Below are positions 50,711-60,259 of a DNA stretch of 64,000 nucleotides, piece after piece. Made by a program: the position numbers and the translations under genes. This stretch comes from Candidatus Spongiisociaceae bacterium (GTDB lineage: Bacteria > Actinomycetota > Acidimicrobiia > Spongiisociales > Spongiisociaceae): contig OZ253564.1 in assembly GCA_965262915.1 (NCBI GenBank), positions 3,968,001 through 4,032,000 of the forward strand, in the 5' to 3' direction. Under the pieces are notes generated by a model. The model worked only from the letters and a program-made list of their open reading frames with translations, ran no database searches and was not told where the DNA came from. Every line of letters begins with the position of its first letter. Position 1 is the first letter of the stretch.

Positions 50711-51940
50711 TGGAGTTCCCCCCATGTGCTGGACACTTGGTTTATGCGGCCGTGTGATGGTAGTAGTTGTCCTCCCATTCGTTTGGTGGCTGTTGTCCGA
50801 TGGTGGAGTGGAGCCGGCGGGGGTTGTACCAGGCTTGGATCCAGTACCGGATTGATAGGCGGGCGTGGTGGCGGCTTCGGTAGTCGGCTCGGTTGACGAG
50901 TTCGGTCTTGAGGGTGCCGAGAAACGATTCGGCGGCTGCGTTGTCCCAACACGCCCCGGTCCGTCCCACCGACTGTGCGATGCCATATGCCCGGCAGAGC
51001 TGGGCGGTGGCCCTCGAGGTGTATTGACCAGGTTCAAGGGGTCCACCACACCCCGCATCTGGCCGCCCCGGGTTGCGATCGCTTCGCGCAGCGCGTCCGT
51101 TGCCAGCGAAGTCTTGGAGGTGTGGTGCCACGGAGACACCGACAACTCGGCGGATGCCAGGTCCAAGACGAACGCCAGGTAGAGGAACCCTTGACGGGTT
51201 CGGATGTGGGTGATGTCGCCTACCCAGGCTTCATCCGGTGCCGAAGTGGTGAACTCACCCCTGAGTAGATCAGGGATCCGATGAGCGGTGTCCGCTGTGG
51301 TGGTGACACGCCGCTTGCGGGGAACGAAACCCGCCATACGGTGGCACTTCATCAGCCGCACCCTCCCGCTTGTGATTCACCACCCGGCCACGCCGACGCA
51401 GCGCGGCGCACACCCGACGCGAACCATAGGTCCCATCCGAGTCCGCCTAGATGGCCCCGATCTCGTCCACCAGAGCGGCCTCTGCCATCTGCACAGGACC
51501 AGACCGGGGTCGCTGCTTGTAGGCGTAATACGCAGACGGTGACACCCCCACCACCGAACACACCATCCTCACCGGGAAGCCTTCGGCCCTCTGAGCATCG
51601 ACGAAGCGACACAACATCACCCCTTCGACTCCCGCACCCGGCTCCCGCAGCCGCTCCCGCTCCCCAGACCTAAGCCCCTCCCGCTCACCCCGGTTGATCC
51701 CATCCTGACGAACCCAGTCACCGCAACGTCGAGTCATAAATACCCAACTCGGTGGCGACCTGCCGTATCGGCCTGCCCGAGCTGCGAACAATCTCCACCG
51801 CATCCACGTTTGAACTCATCCGAGAACTTCCGTCTCGGTCTCTTCCCTCCCAACAGGACTCCTTCCCCACACGCTGCATCCCATTCTCGGACATCAAACG
51901 CGCTCTTTGCGGAAGTGTCCGGCCACCGGGGGGAACTCCA
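50711..51940 (-). mobile_element. IS3-family element with frameshifted orfA/orfB
   Basis: Terminal IRs TGGAGTTCCCCCC..GGACAC at both ends; RRKFSDEFK orfA; WVGDITHIRTRQGFLYL and CWDNAAAESF..LKTE orfB; no target duplication seen. Confidence 0.88.
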
Positions 51941-52071
51941 GTTTTCCAACCAGCGAACCCCGCAAGATTCGTTTTTCAGCACCCGCCTACACCATCGCCC
52001 CCGGCACCGTGCGCGCCCAGACGTCCTATCGGCCGCCGCAATCCCCGGGAGGCGAGGAGGCAATGACGGCG

Positions 52072-52197
52072 CATCTCGCAATGGATGAGTGGGTTCCACC
52101 TCGAGAGATTGCCCACCTCATCGCGTTCCTTGCCACAAGCAACTGCCGGCAGCGGACGGAAGCCACGCCGGCCGTGAACGGCGCCGGCCATATGCGC
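52072..52197 (+). pseudogene. SDR C-terminal remnant
   Basis: EWVPPREIAHLIAFLAT...VNGA. Confidence 0.5.
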
Positions 52198-52388
52198 TGG
52201 GGCGCCCTGCGCTGCAAAGCCACCATCCGGCTGCGCGCGGTCGATGTTTCGTATACTGGACATCAGTGCGACAACCAAACGATGGCGTCATAGTGGGACC
52301 AGTCAGTCGATGAACGCGACCCGGCAGATCAGCCATCGGGCGGTAATCGCTGGTTGAGGGTTGTCGTTGCGATGGGAAAGGAAGAGTA

Positions 52389-54065
52389 GTGTCGGCAGCC
52401 CCCGAAGCCATGCCCGACGGAGCTGGTAGATACTCGGACCTGATCGCGCTCTTCGAAGAGTTCCTGGAGTGGCAGGATCAGGTGGGCAGCACGCTGCGTG
52501 AGGAGACCGCCGGCCGGTATATGGACCGGCTGCCGGATTACGGCTCAGCGGCCGTCTCGGCACGCAAGGAGGAGCTGGCAGAGTTCCAGGAGCGCCTGCA
52601 GACAATGGGTGTTGCGACGTGGAGCTTGAGCCACCAGGTGGACGCAGCTGCAGTCCGGAGTCGCTTCGACCAGGAAGAATTCCTGTTGTACATCAGCCGG
52701 CCGTGGGCACGTGACCCCGGGTTCTACATCGACAGGATGCTTCGAGTCGCCTTCGCCGATCCGTCGCCCGGACGATCCGACGTGGACCGTCTCCTAGCCG
52801 GCCTGCGGAACATCCCCGCTCTTGTCGATCAGGCCGTGAAGAACTTGCGCAACGTCCCGGCCGAGTTGGCCGATCTGGCGATCGTCAAACTGACGGCAGC
52901 AGATGGAGTGGACCACGGATCCCCGTACCGCACGAAGCCGCCGGCTGGTGTGCTCGGTTGGTACGACGAGCTCGTCATGCGAACCGATCGACATCCGCAC
53001 GTGCGTGCCGCTGTCTCGGCGGCTCGCGACTCGGTCAGACGATTCTTGCAGTGGCTCACGGCCGGACGTCCAACGATGACCGCGGAAGCGGGCGTCGGCA
53101 AGGACGCCTTCAACTGGTACCTCAGAAACTGCGAAGTCATTCCGTACTCTTCTGACGATCTCGTCACGCTGGGTCGACGCGAGCTGCAGCGCCTGGGGAC
53201 GCTCTACACGCTGGAACGTCACAAGAATCGTGAGCTGCCGGAGCTGGCCCCGGCGACATCGGCTGCCGACTACCGGAAGCGCCTCGCCGAGACGGACGCA
53301 CACATCCGCAGCTTCCTTGTCGAGAAGGAGTTTGTCTCGATCCCCGACTACGTGGGCGAACTCGGCACAACCGTGCCGTGGGCTGACCGGCCGGGTGGTC
53401 GGAACTTCTGGGAGGAGATCCAGTTCCGTGACCCGCACCCGGACCACCTCCACGCCGTCATTCCCGGTCACCGGTTCGATGCCCTCGTGGCAGCCAACAA
53501 CCGGCATCGGATTCGCAGCCGCATCACGAGCCCCTCGCGCGTCGAAGGATGGGCCACCTACCTGGAGGAGGCGGCGCTGGCCGCAGGCATCCTTGATTCG
53601 CGTCCCAGGGTGCGCGAGCTGGTCTTCATCTTCGGGATGTTCCGTGCCGCCAGGGTACCCGCCGATGTGTGGCTGCACTCGAGAGAGTTGTCCGTGCAGG
53701 AGGTGGTGGATTACTGGCGGGCGCGCGTGCCATTCCTGGACGAGGGCGCTGCTCTTGTCGATGCCGGGATATACCTGAGGCATCTTCCCGGATACGGTAT
53801 GGGCTACACGGTCGGAGCGCTTCAGTTCCAGCATCTGCTCGCAGATCGCAGGCGCCAGCTCGGAAATGCGTTCGTGTTGAAGGACTTCCATGATGCGGTG
53901 CTGGGAGCGGGCCGTCTTCCGGTTGCCCTGATCCGATGGGAAATGACGGGAGTCGACGATGAGGCCAACCGCTGGTGGAGACGCATTCCCGTGTCGATGT
54001 TGGCTGAACGAATGACCTCTGACAAACCCTCTGACCACGCTGTCCAGCCCTCCCAGCCCCGATAA
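52389..54065 (+). CDS. DUF885 family protein
   Basis: LHAVIPGH, VEGWATYLEE, GYTVG, FVLKDFHDAVL..GRLP. Confidence 0.85.
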   Translation: MSAAPEAMPDGAGRYSDLIALFEEFLEWQDQVGSTLREETAGRYMDRLPDYGSAAVSARKEELAEFQERLQTMGVATWSLSHQVDAAAVRSRFDQEEFLLYISRPWARDPGFYIDRMLRVAFADPSPGRSDVDRLLAGLRNIPALVDQAVKNLRNVPAELADLAIVKLTAADGVDHGSPYRTKPPAGVLGWYDELVMRTDRHPHVRAAVSAARDSVRRFLQWLTAGRPTMTAEAGVGKDAFNWYLRNCEVIPYSSDDLVTLGRRELQRLGTLYTLERHKNRELPELAPATSAADYRKRLAETDAHIRSFLVEKEFVSIPDYVGELGTTVPWADRPGGRNFWEEIQFRDPHPDHLHAVIPGHRFDALVAANNRHRIRSRITSPSRVEGWATYLEEAALAAGILDSRPRVRELVFIFGMFRAARVPADVWLHSRELSVQEVVDYWRARVPFLDEGAALVDAGIYLRHLPGYGMGYTVGALQFQHLLADRRRQLGNAFVLKDFHDAVLGAGRLPVALIRWEMTGVDDEANRWWRRIPVSMLAERMTSDKPSDHAVQPSQPR

Positions 54066-54322
54066 TCACTATCCACTTCCTTCTCCCAGCCATCGGTGGC
54101 CGGGCTTCTGGTGATGAGTCCGTGTGGCCGAGCGGACCGAGTGGTGGCTTAACAACGCGGCCAGGCTTGCCGGACGACTCGCTACGGCGGCGTGACACGA
54201 GCACCGGGCAGCCGGGACCGCGGCTGCGGGCCGGCGACCTCGTCCTTGAGCCTGCTCGCCGGCTTCACCACCCACGGGAACGGAGAGCGTGAGAGTGGAA
54301 CTTTCGGTGTTCCCCCATGTGC

Positions 54323-55549
54323 TCAGAGCCCGGCGGCGAACTCCAGGGCTTCGTCGAAGCTTGCTTGCCCGAGCACCAGCCTTCGCATCTTCATCAGGGG
54401 CCCCACCCGGTCGATTGCAAAGGCGCCTCCGAATCGATCTCCACGGCGATAGAGCGCCATGAGCGACACTTCGTCGGGTGAGTCGTGGACGAACACGACC
54501 TCGTCCCGGGAGGCCAGTCCTACCAGTTGGAGGCGGTGCCCGTACTGGTCGGACCAGAAATAGGGGATGCCCGAGTAGGCGACCGGGTCGTCGCCTCCGA
54601 AGGAGTTGAGGATGTTGCGGGCCACGGTGGTGGACTGCTCGACGGTGTTGGTCCAGTGCTCGACCCGCATCCGTTGCCGGAGCAAGGGGTTGTACCAGGA
54701 GGCGAGATCGCCCAGTGCGTAGACACCGGGCAGTGAGGTGCGCAAGTACCGATCACAGACCACCGCCCGGTCCAGGTCGATACCGGAACCTTCCAGCCAC
54801 TCGATGTTGGGAATCACGCCGATCCCCACCACCACCACGTCGCACGGGATCTCGGCGCCGTCCGAGAGCCCTACGGACAGGCCATCAGGGGTCTCCTCCA
54901 CGCCCACCACGCCGACCCCGCAGCGGAGTTCGACGCCATAGAGACCGTGGAGCGCAGCGCACCGCTCCCCCACTTCGGCGCCGACGGCCATCGCCAGCGG
55001 CTGGTCGGCGGCTTCGATGATCGTCACGTCGACACCCCGGCTCCGGGCGCTCGCCGCCACTTCGCTTCCGATGAAGCCGGCCCCGACCACCAGCAGATGG
55101 CGGGCGGTATCGAACGAGGATCGGATGGCTGCAGAGTCGTCGAGGGTTCTCATCACGTAGACCGCCGGAATGTCGGCGACACCAGGGAGTCTGCGGGCGC
55201 GGGCACCCGTGGCGATGACCGCGGCGTCGTATTGCAGTGCTTCCCCGGTCCCGAGCGTGATCGTGCGGGCGTCGGCGTCGAGACCCACCGCCGGAGACCC
55301 GAGCCGCAGGTCGATCCCTTGCTCCTCGAAGAACCCCACGGGTCGGAGCGTGGCGTCGGCCGGCTGTTTCTCCCCGGCCAAGACCTCCTTGGAGAGCGGA
55401 GGGCGGTCATACGGCAGGTGCGGCTCGTCGCCCACCAGCGTGATTCGACCCTCGAACTTGAGCCTGCGCAGCCCGGTTGCCGTACGTAGACCACCCAGGG
55501 ACGCCCCCACGATGACTACGGATGGGAGCCCGGGAGCGGGGATGGTCAC
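54323..55549 (-). CDS. FAD-dependent ferredoxin reductase (glutathione-reductase type)
   Basis: GTG at 55549 overlaps Rieske stop; VIVGASLGG, PYDRPPLSK, GAGFIGSE, YALGD, PYFWSDQY. Confidence 0.92.
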   Translation of the reverse strand: MTIPAPGLPSVVIVGASLGGLRTATGLRRLKFEGRITLVGDEPHLPYDRPPLSKEVLAGEKQPADATLRPVGFFEEQGIDLRLGSPAVGLDADARTITLGTGEALQYDAAVIATGARARRLPGVADIPAVYVMRTLDDSAAIRSSFDTARHLLVVGAGFIGSEVAASARSRGVDVTIIEAADQPLAMAVGAEVGERCAALHGLYGVELRCGVGVVGVEETPDGLSVGLSDGAEIPCDVVVVGIGVIPNIEWLEGSGIDLDRAVVCDRYLRTSLPGVYALGDLASWYNPLLRQRMRVEHWTNTVEQSTTVARNILNSFGGDDPVAYSGIPYFWSDQYGHRLQLVGLASRDEVVFVHDSPDEVSLMALYRRGDRFGGAFAIDRVGPLMKMRRLVLGQASFDEALEFAAGL

Positions 55550-56592
55550 CCGGTGGGGGCCAGCTCGAACCTGCCGTCGGCGAACTCCATGAGCCACCGC
55601 CGGTAGAGAACCGTACCGAGGTCGGCAGCCTTGACATGCATCTCGGCGCTCAACTCCACGGGAAGCTCCTCGGGACGTTGGGACTCGACCACCGGCTTGT
55701 CCTGGGCGAGAATGAGCCGCTGCATCCGGTCGAACTCCTCGTCCTGATCGAAACCGTAGTTCCGCGCTACGAACGTGAAGCACCGGGTTCGCTTGCGGCT
55801 CACCGGAGCCACGGCGACGAAGAGGATGAAGTTCTCGTCGGGACCGGCCGAGCTGTCGAGCCACATGGCGTTGGGCATGAACACCCGGTATCGCTTCCAG
55901 GCCTCGTAGGTCTCGCCCTCGCCGGCGACCGTGGCGTTCTTGGGGTTGTCCGTGTACTCAAGGAACGGGCCGGCCGTGATACGGAGCTCGCCCCCATCGC
56001 GCCAGGCCTCGTAGTCGGCGATCACGGCATTGTCACGATCACCGAGGATTCCGTGGTGGACATGGGCGAAGTGGGAGAAGTCGAAGTAGTTCTCGAGCCG
56101 GCGGCCCACAGAGCAGTTCCATTCGTAGGGTTCCCAGCGCATGATCCGGTAGGCGGGATCGTCGAGTTCGGGGAGGACGGCGGCCGGGAACACGGGTGGC
56201 TCGTCGGCCAGGCAGGTCCACACCAGGCCTGCCGACTCGACCGCCGGGTAGACGGGAAGCTGGGCTACCAGCTTCCCGTTGAGTTCGGGGCGGGCCGGGA
56301 TGTCCACGACGGTGCCCTCCTTGTCGTACGCCCATCCGTGGTAAGCGCACCGGAGCCAGCAGCCGTCGATGCGGCCCAGGGAGAGGGCCGAACCCCGGTG
56401 TCGGCAGATGTCGTCGAAAACATGCGGCTTCCCGTCGAGACGGGCCACCGCCAGTCGGGTCTCGAACAAGGTGACCTGGTGGGGTTTGTCAACCAGATCC
56501 TCGGAGAACGCCACCGGATGCCAAAAGCGGCGGAGCTGCTCGTAGAGGAGCGCCTCGCCGGCCACGTCGAGTTGGGTGGTTCCCTGCTTCAC
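55546..56592 (-). CDS. Rieske non-heme iron oxygenase (NdmA/VanA-like demethylase family)
   Basis: CRH...CAYH Rieske ligands; ENYFDFSHFAHVH; QDKPVVESQ. Confidence 0.9.
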   Translation of the reverse strand: MKQGTTQLDVAGEALLYEQLRRFWHPVAFSEDLVDKPHQVTLFETRLAVARLDGKPHVFDDICRHRGSALSLGRIDGCWLRCAYHGWAYDKEGTVVDIPARPELNGKLVAQLPVYPAVESAGLVWTCLADEPPVFPAAVLPELDDPAYRIMRWEPYEWNCSVGRRLENYFDFSHFAHVHHGILGDRDNAVIADYEAWRDGGELRITAGPFLEYTDNPKNATVAGEGETYEAWKRYRVFMPNAMWLDSSAGPDENFILFVAVAPVSRKRTRCFTFVARNYGFDQDEEFDRMQRLILAQDKPVVESQRPEELPVELSAEMHVKAADLGTVLYRRWLMEFADGRFELAPTG

Positions 56593-56651
56593 AACCGCCT
56601 CCTCGTTGGGTGTCGCTTACCGGTTCGTGTCGCGCTGCTCGGAAGTCGGTT

Positions 56652-56852
56652 CTAGCCCGTATGAACGGTTATCGCCTCCACCGGACAGCAGACTTCGGCG
56701 CTGAGAGCATCGTCGACCAGTTCGGCGGGAACATTCGGTTGGAGCACGATGATCTCGCTGTCGTCATCGGCAACCTGGAACAGATCCGGCGCCACCGACG
56801 CGCACATCCCGGAAACGATGCATGTCGCATGGTCGAGTTCTATTGTCGCCAC
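56652..56852 (-). CDS. [3Fe-4S]-type ferredoxin
   Basis: CIVSGMC...APDLF...CPVEAI. Confidence 0.88.
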   Translation of the reverse strand: MATIELDHATCIVSGMCASVAPDLFQVADDDSEIIVLQPNVPAELVDDALSAEVCCPVEAITVHTG

Positions 56853-57038
56853 GCCGACTCCTCCGCTCGTTCAAGAACTACTGCCATCAGAATTATAGCT
56901 GACACCAAATGCCGCCTAGGGGAAAACCGACCGGAATATTGATTGGATCAATGCTTAGCGGTTGTGCCAACCGAGTCCCAGGCTGTCCGGCATGGTCTCG
57001 CCGCACCCGCTGATCGGCGGTCGGTTAGTAGCCGATAA

Positions 57039-58103
57039 TCAAGCAGGCGCCAGTTCGACCTTTCCGTTGGCGATGTCGAGCAGCCAGCGCCGGTATTCGA
57101 GGGTCCCGAGGTCAGCGCCTTTGACGTGCAGTTCGGCGGCGAGGTCGGCGGGCAGTTCCTCGGGACGTTGCGATTCTACGATGGGTCGGTCCTGATCGGT
57201 GACCATCTGGGCGAAGGCCCTGAAATCCTCATCACTCCCCGGGTAGTTGCGGCCCACGTAGGTGAATGCCCGGGTCCGCTTGCGGTTCACGGGCGCCGCG
57301 GCCACCCACAGCACGTAGTCCTCCACCGGCCCGGCCGCGCTGTTGAGCTTCATGGCGTTGGGCAGGAAGACCCGGTAGCGCTTCATGGCCTCGTAGGTCT
57401 CGCCCGAACCGGACTCGGGGTTGTTCTTCACGTTGTCGGTGAACTCGACGAACGGCCCGGCGATGAACTGGAGCGCTCCCCCGACCCGGTGCACGTCGTA
57501 GTCCTCGATGCGGGGATGGTTGCTGTCTCCGAGGATGCCGTCGTGAACCCAGGCGAAATGGGAGAAGTCGAAGTAGTTCTCCAACCGGCGGGGCAGCGAG
57601 CAGTTCCACTCGTAGATGTCCAGATGGACGAAGGTGTAGCTCGGGTCGTCGAACTCGGGGATGGCGGGCACCGGGAACTTGGGATCGCCCAGCGTGGTGT
57701 AGATGAGCCCCGAGACCTCCACCGTGGGGAACGACGGCACCCGGACATTGCGGAATGCGGGAGAGAGTTCCTCCCGGGCCGGTACTCGGGTGACCCTGCC
57801 CTCGGCGTCGTACGTCCAACCGTGATAGGCGCAGCGGAGCTCGCAACCGTCGATCACCTTTCCGAGCGAAAGCGCCGAGCCCCGATGCCTGCACAGGTCC
57901 TCGAACACGCGGGGGGCACCGGCCAGGCGCACTACGACCAACTGCTCCTCGAACAGGGTGAACGCCTGGGGTTCGTCCTTGAGTTCGTCGGAGTAAGCGA
58001 CCGGGAACCAGAAGTTCTCCCGCATCTGGTCGTAGAGCCGGTCCTCGGCCGCTACGTCGAGGAAGTCGCTGGTCGCGTGACGGGTCGCCATCCGTCCGCT
58101 CAC
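57039..58103 (-). CDS. Rieske non-heme iron oxygenase (paralog of 55546-56592)
   Basis: CRH...CAYH; ENYFDFSHFAWVH; QDRPIVESQ. Confidence 0.9.
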   Translation of the reverse strand: MSGRMATRHATSDFLDVAAEDRLYDQMRENFWFPVAYSDELKDEPQAFTLFEEQLVVVRLAGAPRVFEDLCRHRGSALSLGKVIDGCELRCAYHGWTYDAEGRVTRVPAREELSPAFRNVRVPSFPTVEVSGLIYTTLGDPKFPVPAIPEFDDPSYTFVHLDIYEWNCSLPRRLENYFDFSHFAWVHDGILGDSNHPRIEDYDVHRVGGALQFIAGPFVEFTDNVKNNPESGSGETYEAMKRYRVFLPNAMKLNSAAGPVEDYVLWVAAAPVNRKRTRAFTYVGRNYPGSDEDFRAFAQMVTDQDRPIVESQRPEELPADLAAELHVKGADLGTLEYRRWLLDIANGKVELAPA

Positions 58104-58125
58104 AGAATCCTGCGGGGAGTCGACC

Positions 58126-58172
58126 GGCTCTTCGTGATCGAGTGGGGAGTGGTGGATCCACCAGACGTGTAG
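58126..58172 (+). mobile_element. Orphan ISL3 left-end remnant
   Basis: GGCTCTTCGTGATCGAGTGGGGAGT-GGTGGATCCACCAGA resembles 25990-26050. Confidence 0.7.
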
Positions 58173-58224
58173 TGGTCCGGCCCCATTTCAGCCATGAGAC
58201 GTTCTGCCCTTACCTTGTGTCGCT

Positions 58225-58488
58225 TCATCGGTATACCTTGTCCCGCCTCCCGATTCTTACCACCAAAACACGCACCGCGTCATCTTGGAGGTCGCAGACA
58301 ACCCGATGACTGCCCACCCGATAGCGCCACAGTTTCCCGAGCGGGCCGGTCAGCGCTTGGCCGACGCGGCGCGGGTCCGCGGCCGCAACCCGCTCGTCCA
58401 TATAGTTCATGATACGGCGCGCCGTGTTTCTGTCGAGCTTTCCCAGCTGGGTCTTGGCAGTGTCGGTGTACTCAATCGTCCAAGCCAA
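58225..58488 (-). CDS. relE: RelE/ParE family toxin
   Basis: TTG start; WTIEYT..A..QL.KLD, LWRYRVG..RVVC, IGRRDKVYR. Confidence 0.9.
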   Translation of the reverse strand: MAWTIEYTDTAKTQLGKLDRNTARRIMNYMDERVAAADPRRVGQALTGPLGKLWRYRVGSHRVVCDLQDDAVRVLVVRIGRRDKVYR

Positions 58489-58699
58489 GATCTTTCCTGA
58501 CGTCCGCGGCGGCATGAACGTGTTCCTGGCCTTTGCGGATGCGTTCGAGAACGTCTGCGGCCAGGTAGTAATCCTCGATATCCTCGAGCCCGCGGTCGAT
58601 GATCTCACGGAGGTAGAAGGCCTTCGTACGCCCGGTCTGGGTTGCCAGGAAGCGGAGCCGCTCCTCGGTTTCGGGTGACAGCCGCAGCGACGTGGGCAT
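58472..58699 (-). CDS. Ribbon-helix-helix antitoxin (DUF6290-like)
   Basis: TSLRL...RL..LA..TGRTKAFYLRE...LEDIEDYYLA; overlaps toxin. Confidence 0.88.
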   Translation of the reverse strand: MPTSLRLSPETEERLRFLATQTGRTKAFYLREIIDRGLEDIEDYYLAADVLERIRKGQEHVHAAADVRKDLGLDD

Positions 58700-58886
58700 G
58701 TGGTACTTCCTCCGCTTGTAGTGTGTGTATTCACTGTATCACACCGTGTCGTTTCGAGGATCGGGAACGGCTACGCGAGTCTTGTTCGGGGACATCTCCT
58801 GCCTCCGCGTGGAATGACGACGGCCAACGTGTAGCCCTCTCGATGCTCACCGAATACCCTGGTCAGGGGTAGTGGCGAACATACCC

Positions 58887-59387
58887 CTATGTTGCCTTGC
58901 GGCGCTCCACTCCCCACACCGAGCACACCGCCTTGACGATGTTCTGGTAGCCGGTGCAGCGGCACAGGTTTCCGGAGAGGAGATCGACCACCTGCTCCGG
59001 TTCCCGGTAGTCGTCGGGGTCGACGCTCTCCAGCGTCATCAGGAATCCGGCCGTGCAGAAACCGCACTGCATGGCGTGGTTCTCGTGGAAGGCCTGCTGC
59101 ATCGGCGTGAGTTCCCCGTCTGTTGCCAGGTCCTCGACGGTCCTGATCGTGCATCCGTCGACTTGGACGGCCAGTGTCGAGCAGGACCGGATGGCGTCGC
59201 CGTCGACGATCACGGTGCAAGCCCCGCAGTAGCCGTGCTCGCATCCGACGTGGGTACCTGTGAGGCCCACCACGTCCCGGATGAAGTCGGAGAGCAGCAG
59301 CCGGGCGGGCACCCGGTACGTCACCTTCATCCCGTTGATCGTGACCGACACGTCGGCCTCTCGAGTGCCCGGGTTGGAAGCCATCAC
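58887..59387 (-). CDS. Xanthine dehydrogenase family [2Fe-2S] subunit
   Basis: GCEHGYCGAC, QCGFCTAG, LCRCTGY. Confidence 0.92.
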   Translation of the reverse strand: MMASNPGTREADVSVTINGMKVTYRVPARLLLSDFIRDVVGLTGTHVGCEHGYCGACTVIVDGDAIRSCSTLAVQVDGCTIRTVEDLATDGELTPMQQAFHENHAMQCGFCTAGFLMTLESVDPDDYREPEQVVDLLSGNLCRCTGYQNIVKAVCSVWGVERRKAT

Positions 59388-60259
59388 ACCCCCGTCCTAT
59401 CTCCGTTGGATGTCACCACCGACCGGGCGGTCCTGATCAGGAGGGCGCCGAGCGCCTCACGCCGGTACTCGCCCGTAGCATGGACGTCGTCGACTGCATC
59501 GGCAGCATCCTCGTAGGCCGCTGTGTACAGATCCGATCCGTCGTCGCCCGCTGAGAATCCTCGGATCGATTCCTCGGCGGCTGCCATCCGCTGCGCTACT
59601 CCGCTCACCCCGAAGCTGACCAGCCGTGCCCCGCTTATCGCGTCCCCCTCCATGTCGAAGGCGGCCGCCACACCGGCGATGGCGAAGTCACCCGACCTCC
59701 GGGCGATCTCTTCGAGAACGGTCACAGTCCCGGAAGGCTCGGCCGGGAAGCGAACCGCGGTGATGATCTCCCCGTGGGAGAGGTCGGTCCAGAAAGGCCC
59801 GAGGAAGAAGTCACGGGCCGCCACGCTCCTCGCCCCCGCCGGCCCCTCTACGAGTAGCGTCGCGCCGGACGCAATGGCCATCGCCGGTAGTTCAGCGGCG
59901 GGATCGGCATGAGCCAGACTGCCGCACACCGTGCCCCGGTTCCTGATCTGCAGGTGCCCGACGAAGCGCAACGCCCGGCGCAGCCCGGGAACCACGGCCG
60001 CTACCCGGTCTGAGCCCATGACCCGGCTCTGGGTTACGCAGGCCCCTATCGTCACTTCTTCCCGACCGACCTCCAGGCTGTCGAAGCCTTCCACATGGCG
60101 GATGTCCACCAGTAGGTCGGGTACGGCCAGGCGGAAGTTCATCGTAGGAATGAGGCTCTGGCCGCCCGCAAGTACCTTCGCCGCGTCCGCAGAGCCAAGG
60201 GCCTCTATCGCATCTTCGACGGTATCCGGCCGGTAGTAGTCGAAGACGGCGGGCTTCAT
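59384..60259 (-). CDS. Xanthine dehydrogenase family FAD-binding subunit
   Basis: MKPAVFDYYRP, LAGGQSL, IRNRGTVCGSLAHADPAAE. Confidence 0.92.
   Translation of the reverse strand: MKPAVFDYYRPDTVEDAIEALGSADAAKVLAGGQSLIPTMNFRLAVPDLLVDIRHVEGFDSLEVGREEVTIGACVTQSRVMGSDRVAAVVPGLRRALRFVGHLQIRNRGTVCGSLAHADPAAELPAMAIASGATLLVEGPAGARSVAARDFFLGPFWTDLSHGEIITAVRFPAEPSGTVTVLEEIARRSGDFAIAGVAAAFDMEGDAISGARLVSFGVSGVAQRMAAAEESIRGFSAGDDGSDLYTAAYEDAADAVDDVHATGEYRREALGALLIRTARSVVTSNGDRTGV

Noticed and set aside
54110-54145. Hammerhead-like TGATGAGTCCG...CGGAC
   Set aside because: Required GAAA is replaced by CGAG and C3 is missing
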